Source: Mustelus asterias
Lineage: Eukaryota
Length of the DNA: 64,000 nucleotides
Reading direction: 5' to 3'
Assembly (NCBI RefSeq): GCF_964213995.1
Contig: NC_135813.1
Coordinates: forward strand, 61,132,001 to 61,196,000
In this document: piece by piece, positions 1-13,400 of the stretch
Layout: each line of letters opens with the position of its first letter
Position numbering within the stretch: position 1 is the first letter of the stretch
Notes under the pieces: model-generated
Database searches by the model: none
What the model was told of the DNA's origin: nothing
Seen by the model: the letters and a program-made list of their open reading frames with translations, nothing else
Translations under genes and position numbers: made by a program

Positions 1-1290
1 ACAAATGACTTGAAGAAGAAAATAAAAAATAAAGGAGAGGAAGATTGAGAAAGGAAGAGACCCTGACCGCAATTTTCCAATCGTGTCTGGAGCAGGCTTG
101 GCTCTCCGAGACAGGAAGACAGATGAAATTGTGAAAGGGCGAAAAGGGGGCAGCATAGTGATAGACCAGTGAACCTAACCTCACTAAAGGGAGAAATAAT
201 GGAATACACGCGGCATAATCAAATCCAGCGATCACGGCTTTGGTAGCGGAATAACTTACCCCACAGCATGAATTGATATTTTTGAGCAGGTGGCATGAGC
301 GGCGAATGACGGCAATATTTTTGGTATAGTCTACATGGATTTTAGCAAGGCTCTTGTTAAGTTCACATATAGGTATGAACAGGTTGGATCCGAAATTGGC
401 TCAGCGGCAGGAAGCAAAGGGTCCGTATATCAATGAGTGCCTCTATGATTGTTGTTAGATGATACAAATTTGGCAATGTGGTTGCTACGAAGAAAGCTGG
501 ATAATGCAGGAAGACAAGAATGGACCAATCAGATAAGTGCAACAGCGGCAAATGGAATGAAACGCGGAAAAGTGTGAGGAACTGTATTTCAGGAAGGCCA
601 ACAAGACAAGCGAGTACACTGTATAAATGGGACAATGCCGAGAAATGTAGAGAAACTGAGTGAACTAAAAATACATGTCCACAGATCCTGCAGGCGGCTG
701 AGCAAGTGGCTATGGTCGCAAAGAAGGCATGCGAGGCAGTTACATTTATAAGCCGAGGTATAGATTGTTAGAACTTGATGGTTATGCTGAAACTGCTGGA
801 AAGGTGCGCAGGAAAAATGTAATTGTACGAAAGCGAGTACAGGGGAGATCTCGAGGGATGTCGGCTGAAATGGAATATTTAGTTATAAGTAAGTGTTGAA
901 TTGACCAGCGTTATTTTCTTTGGAACAGACGAGGCTGAAGGGAAATCTAGTTGAAGGCATAATGTTCTGAGGTGTCTGGGCAGAATGGATAGGAAAACGG
1001 TATTGCCAATGTTTGAGGGGTCGATAAGAACGGAACTTGGATTTAGCGTTAGAAGTAGAAAGTTTAGCGGAGATTCGAAGGGAATAGTTTCACCCTGAGG
1101 GTTTAGGGGATGTGGAACCTACTGCCGGAAAGGCTGTTAGTGGCAAATTACTGGACACTTAAATGCACATACAATGTGTAATCTGAAGGCGAATGAATAC
1201 ATGTTGGATTGTTCTTTGTGAACCAGCGCAGACACCATTGACCAAGTAGACTGTAACAATGTTGCAAAGATATGTCATTCTATGATTCGG
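1..1290 (+). mobile_element. Degenerate CR1-type LINE, RT to 3' end
   Basis: Remnants such as YMDFSKA (gtctacatggattttagcaaggc) and the CR1 C-terminal region, with many stops. Confidence 0.7.
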
Positions 1291-2748
1291 CGAATATATT
1301 ATATTGCTTTCCTCCCTCACTGATGCACAGGAGGTACGGTGTGCACTATTTATAAGGTACACTGCCGAAACTCCGACAAGAGCTTCCAAACCAGTCATTT
1401 CTTCCGCTGGACGAACACACGGGCAGCAGATTCACGGCAGCAACACCAGTTGGTAAATCCCCATCAAGCCACACAGCAGCCCAAAGTAGAACTGTACCGC
1501 CTTTCCTTCACTGTCGCTGGGCCAAAAACTCTTAACCCCCTCCCTAAGAGCTCTGTGATGTACCTATGACGCTTGGACGACATCGGTTTGAGAATGCGGC
1601 TCACCATCACTTTATCCATGGATATTAGGCGGGGGGGAATGAATGTTAGCTTTCTGCTCACATCCCATGAATCAATAAAAATGGCAGTAATCCCCATGTT
1701 TTGTTGTATTACTACTCACTGACAATCACAGAACCAGCAGCAGAGCTGAACGAGTCCACAACAAAACTCAAACACCTGACAACCTATTCCAAGACATTCC
1801 AGAACAACTGATTGGATAGGAAGAAAATGAACCGTAATTTCCGAAGGAAGCAAACATTCTGCACATCATTGATGTTTGTTCCTATGTTATCCAGTAACAA
1901 TCAGGGTTGATCATTACTGGCGGAATTCCCGCAACAGTATGGTTATGTTGGACACCCGGGATTAATGCGAAATGTTAGGGTGAGAATCTTGTACTGAACG
2001 GTTTTCAATGAGTTTGGGGACCAGCGGGAGTGGGTCGCACCCAGTCACCACACTATCCTTCCGCAGACTCAATGCAAGAAAGATCCTAAAACACAATGTT
2101 TCTTTAAGTGCAATAAAGCAGCCTGATGTGAACGTTTTGACTGTAATTCTAGACTTTTGAACCAGACTACAAGGGCAGCGTGTGAAACAGCCTGAAGCAC
2201 TATGTGGCTTTCATACAATCATAGACTTATAGAGCACACAAGGGGGCCGATCGTAACTTGTAAAAAACCTACCCACTAAGTTCATTTCCATGTCTATTTT
2301 TTCACTTCTGAAATGTTTATCGTCTTGCTAATTATATTTCTGCTCGCGGTGTTCAGACAGCTCGGGCCCTCCACTCCTAACACTGGCTGAGCGAAGGAAA
2401 ACATCCCATCTTTCTAGCAATCAGCGTTCAACTCATCTCCTCGCGCTGCCGACTGGATCAGATGGCTCAAACATCGGGACAGTCCCAGCAGATCAGACCG
2501 TAAGCTTTGAGTGAAATACATTTCACTCGTAATTAAATTACCCTATCCCACAACTGGACACACTCCAGAAAATCGCCGAAGTTCTGAGCCCACCTATCAC
2601 TGCAATATCATTGGCTGCTGAATCAAAGCATGAAAATATTTAAGAGGAAATAATTTTGATTTGCACCACCGATCCGACCGTTTCGAAGTACGTTTTGTTA
2701 TTTAGATAGCGTCACAAATGTTAGAGGACGGTTAAGTGATTTACTTAC

Positions 2749-3090
2749 TGCCCAGATTCAACTTAGTTCCTCTCCCGAAAATGAATCCACTGCTGAGCGT
2801 AGCAGCACAGTAATAATCTGCAGCGTCCTCCGATTTCACGTTGGTGATGGTTAAATGCATTTTGTTACTCGATGAGTCCACAGATCCGGTGAATCGATCT
2901 GGAATACCCGAAGCTGTACCAGAGTACTCGGACCAAACAAGCACAGGGGCGCTGCCCGGCTTCTGCCAGTACCAGCTCGTGTAGTAGCTGCTAATGGTGC
3001 CTCCGGACATGGTGCAAGTGATGGTGACGGTCTCTCCCGGTGAGGACGAAATGGATCCTGGTTGGGTCAGGACAGGATCCGCAATTGTAT
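2749..3090 (-). CDS. IGL: Ig lambda (type II) light chain germline-joined VJ exon, VJ1, apparently intact
   Basis: Open frame [25 protein letters not shown]...WYWQKPG...DAADYYC AATLSSGFI FGRGTKLNLG. Both Cys, the Trp and FGxG are present. Acceptor ttcaccAG (3091-3092) and phase-1 donor A|GTAAGT (2747-2748). No RSS between V and J. The CL exon would lie left of the window. Confidence 0.95.
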
Positions 3091-3231
3091 CTGGTGAAAT
3101 GCAAGGCATTGTCAGTCACACACTGTGAAATGCTGAATATAGCTTACAATTCAGACTCGTTAAAACACAAGCGCAAGAACAGATAACGTGAAAAAAAATG
3201 AGCGTTACTTCAGGTTGACGCCCGTACTTAC

Positions 3232-3280
3232 TGTGGAAACAGAGTATCAGTGCGGCGAGAACTCCAATCGATTGTGTCAT
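3232..3280 (-). CDS. IGL: Leader exon of VJ1 (MTQSIGVLAALILCFH)
   Basis: ATG at 3280-3278, 49-nt exon with hydrophobic signal peptide, phase-1 GTAAGT donor that splices in frame to 3090. Confidence 0.93.
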
Positions 3281-3401
3281 GGTGAAGGTTTGGGGAGAGG
3301 ACGAAGGAAAATAAATCCCGACACGAATGCGCTTCTGAGTCCATTCCAACCTCTCCTTAAAAAGATTCAAACACCGCAGGGCGAATGAATATTAATTACG
3401 T

Positions 3402-3423
3402 ATGCAAATTTCCTGTCACGTGA
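3402..3423 (-). promoter_or_regulatory. VJ1 promoter: octamer ATTTGCAT plus adjacent CACGTG E-box
   Basis: ATGCAAAT at 3402-3409 on +, which is ATTTGCAT in gene orientation as in light-chain promoters, ~120 nt upstream of ATG. GTCACGTGA at 3415-3423. Confidence 0.85.
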
Positions 3424-3766
3424 TATTAGTTCAAAGATCTCCATTTCGGCATTGTCTAATCTTTGCAGAATGCGCACGACAGCCATTTTGGAAAAGAAGA
3501 AAAATAAATCTCCCAAGCCACAGAACAGCATGCAAAATGGCTCAATACCCCCCCCCCCCCCAAAAAAAAAATAAACGGTGCGGTGAAACATAGAGAGATT
3601 AAATGGATCGTGGTTTGATCGCTGGAAGCCTGCTGATTACAATAAATAAATGTTGCGGACACTATGCTATTTAATAGGTAGAGCGTGTCTGGTGAATAAA
3701 ATAGAGACGAAAAGTGTGGATTGAGATTTCATGTGCACACAGAGAGGTGTAAGGGAATTGACCACA

Positions 3767-4014
3767 NNNNNNNNNNNNNNNNNNNNNNNNNNNNNNNNNN
3801 NNNNNNNNNNNNNNNNNNNNNNNNNNNNNNNNNNNNNNNNNNNNNNNNNNNNNNNNNNNNNNNNNNNNNNNNNNNNNNNNNNNNNNNNNNNNNNNNNNNN
3901 NNNNNNNNNNNNNNNNNNNNNNNNNNNNNNNNNNNNNNNNNNNNNNNNNNNNNNNNNNNNNNNNNNNNNNNNNNNNNNNNNNNNNNNNNNNNNNNNNNNN
4001 NNNNNNNNNNNNNN
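3767..4014. other. Assembly gap (248 N)
   Basis: Run of N. The paralogous position carries (GATA)n. Confidence 0.99.
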
Positions 4015-4559
4015 AGTGAGTGAATGATAGACAAGCCCCGAGCAACATTTTATTACCTACCTGGAATGTGATTGAGGTGCCAAAACCGTCCACTCAGCAC
4101 AATTCAAGTGTTGGAAACCTACTACGTTCAAAGTGAGTTAAGCCTTGGCAAAATGAAATGCCCTAGGAAACAGAGATTTTCGCATGATTTTCGTTGTTGG
4201 TTTGAGGGGTACATTTACTGTCCTGGGAAAGAATGAGTTTGAGAATGTCAATGCATTGGCCGACGGAGGAATGAACTGAAAGTAGCAGTTTTAAAAATCA
4301 GATTTCTGATGGCAGGTGACCCTCCCCCCAACAGCACCCTCGCCTCCCGTCGCACGACAGTACGGGAGAAGCAATCGTACAATGTTCCATGGCACCCTCA
4401 TTTGAAAAATTAAACAAGATCAGGCAAGCACTTGAAATGTTGATAACGTTAGCTTGTCGCACACCTTCACCCCATGTGTCCTTGAAAAATTGTACGAAGT
4501 AACATTTTGGTTATGCAGCTGAGGCGCACAGAGGAGAACGAGAAGAAATGAATTAATCA

Positions 4560-4886
4560 AAGAACAAAGAACAAAGAACAATACAGCACAGGAACAGGCC
4601 CTTCGGCCCTCCAAGCCCGCACCGCTCCCCGGTCCAGGATTGAATCCTGAATCCAGGATCCCCGCCCAATTTTCCAGCCTATCTACATACCAATATCCTA
4701 TCCACCGAGCTGTCCCTCACAGCTACGATGCTTTGTTCATTACAACCTATTAACTCACCCCCACCCCCCCCCATTCCTGACCATGTGATCTCCAGAGAGA
4801 GGCGAAAACCCAGAGTGAAAAACCCCAGGGCCAATATGGGGAAAAACAAATCTGGGAAATTCCTCTCCGACCCCCTGAGGCGATCG
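4560..4886 (-). mobile_element. 5'-truncated CR1 3' end carrying part of the structured 3'-UTR cassette
   Basis: (TTGTTCT)n tail and CR1 terminal hairpin, near identity with 48113-48440, TSD AATCA (4555-4559 and 4887-4891), empty site in the paralog at ~17700. Confidence 0.88.
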
Positions 4887-6059
4887 AATCACTTCGCCTA
4901 GTGAGCTGACGATCGCGGTTGGAGATTCAGTGGCGTCAGTATAAAGAATTCGAGAAGGTTCATCGCAGAAGGAGAGCAATCAGCCCATCGCATCCATGTC
5001 GGTTCTGTGAAGGAGCGATTGAACTGGAATTTCTGTCTGGATCTTACTCCAGTGTTCGACATATTTTCCACCTTTTTGACAGTGATTGCTAAATCCTCTT
5101 CCGCTAGCCTTTGATCCAGTTGTCTCCAGATCATTAAGAATCGAAACATATTTACCCCCCACCAGCCCTCTTCTGTTCATTAAGAATCGAAACATATTTA
5201 CCCCCCACCAGCCCTCTTCTGTTCCTGTTCCCGGGTTATTTCAAATGTTTGCCTTCTGGTGATCAAACTTCCCGACATTTGAATCAGCTTCTACTTTCTT
5301 TATCCAACACTTTTAAGAACATCTTTATCAAATCTACTGTGCGGCTCTAAGGAGAACAACTCCAGGTTCTCTCGTCTTTACATCTGAGGACTTTTATCGC
5401 TGGTCACATGCTAATACATCTTCTTGCACCCTCTCCAAGGCTTTGAAATACGTTCGAAGAGTATTGTCAAGAACTGGACTCAATACTCTAGCGAGGGTCG
5501 AACAAAGATAAAAGGGTTAACATATTTGCTTGTATTTGTACTCGGTTGTTGGAATTTTACCGACTCCCGTGTCGACAGAGTGACGGGTGGGAAAGGAATA
5601 TTAAAATTTCTCCACCACTGGGACAATTTCCAAGCGGCGGTCAGGTAGAGGGATCAGGAACAGATAACTAATGTTGTTAGGCTGAAAGATATCGCAGGGT
5701 ATTTGCTGAAAGGATATGTCTCAGGTCCACGTCATGCAGTGCAGTCAGTACCCGGGGAGTGAGATGCTTTAGGCCTGTGGGTGGAATGTACAGAGTTGAC
5801 ATCTGCAGTGTGGAGAGAGGGAGGGAGACAGATACTAGTTCAATTTAATACAACAAGACAGCAGAAACGAGAGAAGAAGCACCCTCATGGCATGTGAACG
5901 GAATCGGAAAACGATTCGCATTGGGCCAGGGATGCCGGTTAAAGTTGACTGAAGACGGTACGCAGTAGAAATAACAGACAGAAAGCGGGCCTACTTCATG
6001 GAGATGTTGAAGTCCCAATAGCTCCAATGATTGCGTCCGACTGGAAGCAAAGGAGTAAA

Positions 6060-7690
6060 ACTCTGCGATTAGTGGCAGAGCTGAAGATTGGGAAGAATAT
6101 AAAAACCGACAAGGAATGACAAATAACGTAATAACGAAGGAGTATTTAGAGTATGAGAGAATGTTAGCTAGACATAGTAAAATACTGTAGGATTTTCTAC
6201 ATGTTTTTAAAAAGGAAAATGCTCACTAAAATAAGTGTGGTTACTCTGGAGAAGGAGTATCGGAAATTCAGAATACGAAATGAGGAAATGGCGACAGAAT
6301 TGATATATTTTCTCTCCCTCGCTGTAGAATACATAAATAATATCCCAGAAATACGTGCAGGTGAAGAGGTAGAAGGGAGCGAGGAACATAAAGCAATTAC
6401 AAACACCAGGTCAATGCTACTGAGAAAACGATCAGAACTAAAGGCTGTCAAGTCGTTCGGACATGATGGAGCTCGGTAAGATACCCTTACGGAGAGTGGA
6501 TGCAGACGCGATGGGCCGATTGGCCTCCTTCTGCATTGGAGTGATTTTATAATTCCATGAGTTCGGGAAATAGCATATCTAACTCCTCTGTTCAAGAAAG
6601 GAAAGAGACAGAAAACATGTGACCACAAGCCAATTAGCCTAACATCTGTCAAAAGTTAAATGTTAGAATCTATTATTAGAAGGTTCTCGCATGGCACTTG
6701 CAATTATGCATAGCCAACATGGTTTTGCACAATTGAAGCCATACTTTACTAATTTATTATACTTACTTGACCAACTTATTAGTGACATGGATAAAGAGGA
6801 AGCTGTAGACTCGGATTTCCAAAAAGTATTTCATAAGATACCCCTTCAAGTTAGATTATGAAAAGCCAAATGGGAGCTCATCATGTATGCGTAATAGTTA
6901 TCATGAATCGCGGACTGGTTGGCTTACAGAAACAGAGAGGTGGGGTAATTGAGCTATTTTTGGGTGGGGGGGGGAGAGGGGGGGAGAGGGGGGGAGGTGG
7001 GGGAGGTGGCGGCAAACTGTAGCTGGGGGTGTATCACACGGATTACATCTGGGACCTCAAGTATTTTCAATTTATAGAAATAACATGGATGATGGGCCGG
7101 ATCGATTGCAAATTTTTCTCACGACATTAATACAGGGGGAAAAGTAAATTGTGACGTTCGCACAAATAGTATACAAAGGGATTTAGATAGGCTACGCGAA
7201 TGGTAAAAATAAACATGTGGAGTACAATGTGGTGAAATGCGAACTCGTCCACTTTGGCAGGAAGAATGGAAAGCAGCAAGTTATTCACACGGAGATGAGA
7301 GTGCAAAGATCTGCAGTACTGGGGCATCTGGGTGTCCTGGCACGTGATTCACAAAACAGTGGCATGAAGCTGTAAGTGATTAGGAAAGCAAATGAAATGT
7401 AGTCACCTATTGCAAGTGGGATGGAATGTTAAAGGAGGGAAGATTCGCTACAAATGTGTTGTGCTTTGGTGAGAGCACATCTGAAGTACTTTCCTGTTGG
7501 CCCGCGGACCCCAGAACGGATACAACAGCACGAGCAACAGTTCGGATAAAGGTTCACCCATCAGGTGAAAGGGATATCATATAGGGAAAGGTTGGACAGG
7601 TTAAATTAAAATAAGAGGTTTTCCACTTGAGTGGGAGATAAAGAGAATTTTATTCTCTGTGAGAGCCATTCGCCTGTGGAACTCTGTTTA
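6060..7690 (+). mobile_element. Degenerate CR1 LINE ORF2 (paralog at ~18085-19765)
   Basis: Fragments such as TPLFKKG, QHGF, DFQKVF, KCELVHFGRKN. Confidence 0.75.
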
Positions 7691-7704
7691 CCAGGAACAT
7701 CCCA

Positions 7705-10450
7705 TCGTTAATGGTGGTGGATAATTAAACAACTCACTGGAGGAGAAGACATCACAAATTTCCCCATCCTAAATGATCAGTGAAAAAGCTAAAGCATTCG
7801 CAACAATCTACTGTCACATGTGCCAAGTGAATGATCCATCTAGGGCTTCTACAAAAATGGTCAGCATCACGGACGTCAATCTCCAGCCAATTCAATTCGC
7901 TCCACGTGATATCAAGAAATGGCCGAACGCGTTGGATACTGCAAAGGCTTTGGGCCCTAACAATATTTTATCGACAGTCCTGAAGACCTGTGCTCCAGAC
8001 CATGCGGCCCCTCCACTCAAGTTGTTCCAGTGTATCAACAACACTGGCATCTACCCGGCATTGCAGAAAATTGCCCAGTTATGTCCTCTACGCAAAATGA
8101 AGGGCAACTCCAACTTTATTCATTAGCCATCAGGCAACTCCAGATCATCAGTAAATTGACGGAAGGGGTGATGAACAGCGCAATCAAACGGCAGGAACTT
8201 AGCGGGAACCTACTCACTGACATATAGTTTGGATTTCGCTAGTCACTCAGCGCCTGCTTCATTACAACCTTGGGTCAAACATGGACAAGAGTAGTTGAAT
8301 GCCAGATGTGAAGTGACTGCCTTTGACGTCAAGGCAGCACGTGTGGATTTAAGGAGCCTGGGCAATACTGGAGTCAATTAGCATCAGGGGGAAAACTCTA
8401 CGCTGGTTGGAGTCATACCTGGCACAGAGGAAGAGTGTTGTGGTGGTTTGAGTTCAACCATCTAAGTTGCATTTGCAGGAGTTTCTCAAGATGGCGTCCT
8501 AGGCCCAGCCATCTTCAGCTGCTCCATCAATGACCTTCCTTGCATCATAATGTCAGCAGTGGGGATGATAGCACAGTGTACAGTACCATTCCCGCATCCT
8601 CAGAGACTCAAGCCGTCCGTGTCCAAATGTAATTTGGTGGATACAAAACTGGCTCCGGTCAAAGAAGACAGAGGGTAGCAGTGGAAGGGTGCGTTTCTGA
8701 ATGGAGGACTGTGACAAGTGGTGTTCTTCAGGGATCAGTGCTGGGACCTTTGCTGTTTGTAATATATATAAATGATTTGGAGGAAAATGTAACTGGATTG
8801 ATCAGTAAGTTTGCGGACGACACAAAGGTTGGTGAATTTGCGGATAGAGATGAGGACCATCAGAGGATACAGCAGGATATAGATCCTTGGGCATAGAGAT
8901 GGCAGATGGAGTTTAATCCGGACAAATGTGAGGTAATGCATTTTGGAATGTCTAATACAGATAGGAAATATACAGTAAATGGCAGAACCCTTCAGAGTAT
9001 TGATAGGCAAAGGGATCTGGGTGTACAGGTACACAGGTCACTGAAAGTAGCAATACAGGTGGAGAAGGTAGTCAAGAAGGCATACGGCATGCTTGCCTTC
9101 ATCGGCCGGGGTACTGAGTTACAAAATTGGCAAGTCATGTTGCTGCTCTATCGAACCTTAGTTAGGCCGCACTTGGAATATCGTGTTCAATTCTGGTCGC
9201 CACACTACCAGAAGGATGTGGAGGCTTTGGAGAGGGTACAGAAAAGATTTACCAGGATGTTACCTGCTATGGAGGGCATCAGCTATGAGGAGCAGTTGGA
9301 GAAACTTGGTTTGTTCTCACTGGAGCGAAGGAGGTTGAGGGGAGACCTGATAGAAGTACACAAGATTTTGAGAGGCATGGATAGAGTGGATAGTCAGAAG
9401 CTTTTTCCCAAGGTGGAAGAGTCAATTACGAGGAGGCATAGGTTTAAGGTGTGAGGGGTAAGGTTTAAAGGAGATGTACAAGGCAGATGTTTTACACAGA
9501 GAGTAGTGGGTGTCTGGAATCCATTGCCGGGGTGGGTAGTGGAAGCGGATACGGTAATGACATTTAAGTGGCATCTTCACAAGTACATGAAGAGGATGGG
9601 AGTAGAGGGATATGGTCCCCGGAAGGGAGGGAGATTTAGTTAAGTCGGGCAGCATGGTCGGTGCAGTCTTGGAGGGCCGAAGGGCCTGTACCTGCGTTGT
9701 AATTTTATTTGTTCTTTGTTCTTTGTAGTACGTCCTGGACCACATCCAAGCTTGGGATGACAAGTGGCAAGTAACCTTCGTGACAAAGTAGTGCCAGGAA
9801 ATGACCATCTCCAACAACAGAGAATCTAACCATTGTCCCTTGACATTCTATGGTATTGCCTTTACTGTCGACATCCTAAGGGCGACCATTGATCAGAAAC
9901 TGAACTGGTCTTGTCATTTAAATATGGTGGCTACAAGAGCAGGTCAGAGGCTATGAATCCTGTGGCGAATATCCCACTTCCTGACTTGACAAACGTGTCC
10001 ACCATCTGCGAGGCACAAGTCAGGAATGTGATGGAATACTTGCACTCGCCAGGAGGGTGCAACGTCTGTAACTTTTAAGAAACGCACACCATACAGGACA
10101 AAGCTTGACTGGCACCTCTTCCACAAACTCCCTCCGCCACGATGAACAGTGGCAGCAGTGTGCACCATCTGCAAGATGCACTGCAAAAACCCATCCAGGC
10201 TCCATAGGTAGCAACTTACAAAATCACATGGCTACCGTCCAGAAGGACAACGGCAGCTGACACATGGGAACACCACCACCTTAGCGATCCCCTCCAAGTC
10301 ATTCACAATCTGACTAGGGGATATATTGCTTACTTAGACCGCAGGGACTGCGCTGATTCAACAAAGCAGTTCACCACCATCATCTCAAGGGCAATTAGCG
10401 GTGAGGAATAAATGCTGGTCGAGCGAGGGATGCCCACATCACGTACAAAA
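7705..10450 (+). mobile_element. Second non-LTR family (CR1/L2 group, Zenon/T1-like), interrupted by a CR1 at 8633-9724. Paralog at ~19785-21425, 3' ends also at ~47085-47350 and ~55570-56035
   Basis: KALGPNNILSTVLKTCAP...NTGIYPA..KIAQLCP RT-linker motif, and a 3' tail ggcaataaatgctgg..agcga.gcccacatc distinct from the CR1 tail. The clade assignment is tentative. Confidence 0.7.
8633..9724 (+). mobile_element. Young 5'-truncated CR1 LINE
   Basis: [33 protein letters not shown] tail, absent from the paralog at ~20705. Confidence 0.92.
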
Positions 10451-13400
10451 AATGCAGAATTCGATAGATTCCTGATTGAAAAGGGACCCAAAGAGTTTGG
10501 GGGTGGACAGGAATGTGGGGCCGAGCCCACGATCACATCAGTCACGCCCTTAGGCCTAATCTTCGTTCCAATTCATATGATCGTATGATTCGTATTTGTG
10601 CCCTTTTTGTCTACTTTTGTCCTATCAAATTTCTGAACCTTCGGATCCATCAATGTGTCACTGGCAGCATTATCTTTAGCGAATGACGCAGGAAAGGAAG
10701 TGATAGTAAAACATTTAGTGACACTGGGTTCTTACTGCTTCTAAGCATTCGGATTTTCTGATATTATGGATATTCACCACTGAAAAGGGGAACTCATTAA
10801 ACATCCGAATTAATTGACAATACCTTCAGAAAATATTCTGAAAACGACTTTCATGTCCGAATCCCTATTTTCCAAGTGACCACGTATTTTGCCAGGAATT
10901 GATATTTTGAGATATTTTAACTGCAATATACTCTTCATGTAATAACATGGTCCTTGGTATACCAAGTGCAATATTGCCATCTGCTGGTTGAGCCGCAAAA
11001 AGCGCACAGGTTCATTGGGATTCGTTCTGGACTTCATTCATCATGCGCAGTCCAATGGAAAGCAGGGGGAATGAAATGACAATTATAACATAAAATTCTG
11101 GATAAATTCAGGAGATCTGATAACACTTGTGAAGAGAGAAACACAATTTCTGTATAAGGGTTATTCACACTGCTGTGTTCGGTGAAACAGTGTTCAGTCT
11201 CTAATAAATTAAGCGTAAATCTCATCAGTACTTTTATCATGCATTTCAAACGTTTCGAAGGCAGGTGCAGGCGCAGCCTCAATCAAGGGAGAAGGAACTA
11301 ACACTGTAAAGCATGGCGGACGCTGTAGACCGGCGACTAATTACCGGATTAGCCTTGCAGAATACTGGGTCAAGCAATGATTCTAAATCCCACCATGGTA
11401 TCTGGCAATAAATCTTGAACAAAAGTAGTAGAATGATGTTAACCATGAAACCACTGAATTGCTGAAAAAAACATTCGCTTCATTAACATAATTCCGGGCA
11501 GGAAATCTGCCATCCTTACTGAGTGCATATGTGACTCCACGTTTTCCGTCGCGAAAAAGATACAGAGGTCTGAGGACGCGTACCAACTAATTTAAGAACA
11601 GCTTCTTCCCTGCTGCCTTCTGTCTTTTGAATGGACCTACCTCGCATTAAGTTGATGTTTCTCTACACCGTAGCTATGACTGTAACTTACATTCTGCACT
11701 CCCTCCTTTTCTTCTCTATGAACGGTATACTTTGTCGGTATAGCATGTAAGAAACAACACTTGTCATTGTATATTAATATATTAGACAATAATAAATCAA
11801 ATCAAATCAAACCGAAAACATGTGTGCTATTCGGTGAAGCATATACACGATACATGGCCAGCCATGTTGGTAACACGCTGCTGGCAGTGGTATTGATGAT
11901 GAACCTTCTGATCAGATTAGTTTACGTTCTACAGAAAGAGCCCGGTCACCTGAAATGGTTCTAAAAATAACAGCAAAGTAAGGCCAAAGCGGCAGTGCGG
12001 CAAGTTTTGTTTTCAATTATGGAGGTAGTTGCAGATGAGAATTAGAGGCCAGGAGTGAAGGAGTTGGTGGGGGGGGGGGGGCGGGGGGGGGGGGTGGTGG
12101 GGGAGAGGTGAACATCAGAGCGCATGTACAACCTAGCAGAAACCAAGAACACAACTGGTGCCATGCTGAAAACATACTATTATTTATATAAATTGTAAAG
12201 AGTTGAGGCCACAGCACTGATCATTGTCGAACACCACCCCTTACATCTTGCCAATCACAAAATTGCCCCTTTTGCCTACTCTCTGTTTCCTGTTCGCTGG
12301 CAAATTTTCGGTCCATGACCCCACACGATAAACTCTTATTTTCCGCAATACCCTTTGCTTTGACATCTTATTAAATGCTTACTGAAATTCACAGTACATC
12401 CACCAGCTCCCCTTTATCCACAGCACGTTACTTCTTCAAATCACTCCAGTAAATTGGCTGAACATGAATCCCCTTTGGCAAAACTGTGTTGGCTCTATCT
12501 GATTGCCGGGATTTTACTTATGTGCCCTGCTATCAAATCTTTAATAACCGCTGCTATCATTTTCCTTATATGTCATATGTTCAGCTAACTGGTGTTGTTC
12601 AGCTAACATGTGTTGTTTCCTGCTATCGGCCTCTTGTTCCAATTACATTAAAGTGCTACATTCACTGTTTTCCAATCTAATGGACACTTCCCAGAAACTG
12701 GGTAATTTTGGAAAATTAAACCCAACCCATCAATTGTCCCTTTTGTCACTTCTTTTAAGACCTTCGGGTGAAGTCCATCAGGACCTGAGGACTTATCAGC
12801 CCACATCTTCAACAACTTTCTTAATGTCATTTCCCTGACGATTCTAATTTTCTTGAGCCCTTCTCTTCTATTTCCTGCTCTACAACTATTTCTGTGATAC
12901 AACTTGTATGCTCTACAGTGAAGACTAAAGCAACATGCCTGTTCTCGTCATCTGCAATCTTTTTGTTTGCTACAAATTCCTCAGAATCAATTTCTATCGT
13001 ACTGTCGCCCACTCTATGAACGGTTTTTTAAATCGTTTAACTTTACAATTTTAAGTTGATTTTTTAGTGTCACGCGTACATTAACATTGCAATAAGTGAC
13101 CATGAAATCCCCCAGTCGCCACACTCCGGCACCTGTTCGGATACGCTGAGGGAGAAGCAGCAATGCCACGCACTGTGGCACAGTGCCAAAGGCAAGAAAT
13201 AACTGAAAAAACCCCCAGAGTATTCGGGAAACAAATCAGCTGGTCTGGAAGCATCGGTGGAGACAGAAACAGAATGAAAATTGCGCCTCAAAGGTGCCAG
13301 ATGTAAATACATACAATACATGTGATGAGTTTTGTTGACCTGAAATTCACTGAAAGAGTACAGGAAACCGATCCAATTAAAACATCAAGGTGAAAATTGG

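Noticed and set aside
3121-3127. Perfect RSS heptamer CACAGTG (minus strand) in the L-V intron of VJ1, and at 16441-16447 in VJ2
   Set aside because: No nonamer at 12 or 23 nt spacing, and the position does not flank a coding end.
3671-4093. ORFs spanning the N run
   Set aside because: Artefacts of the assembly gap.
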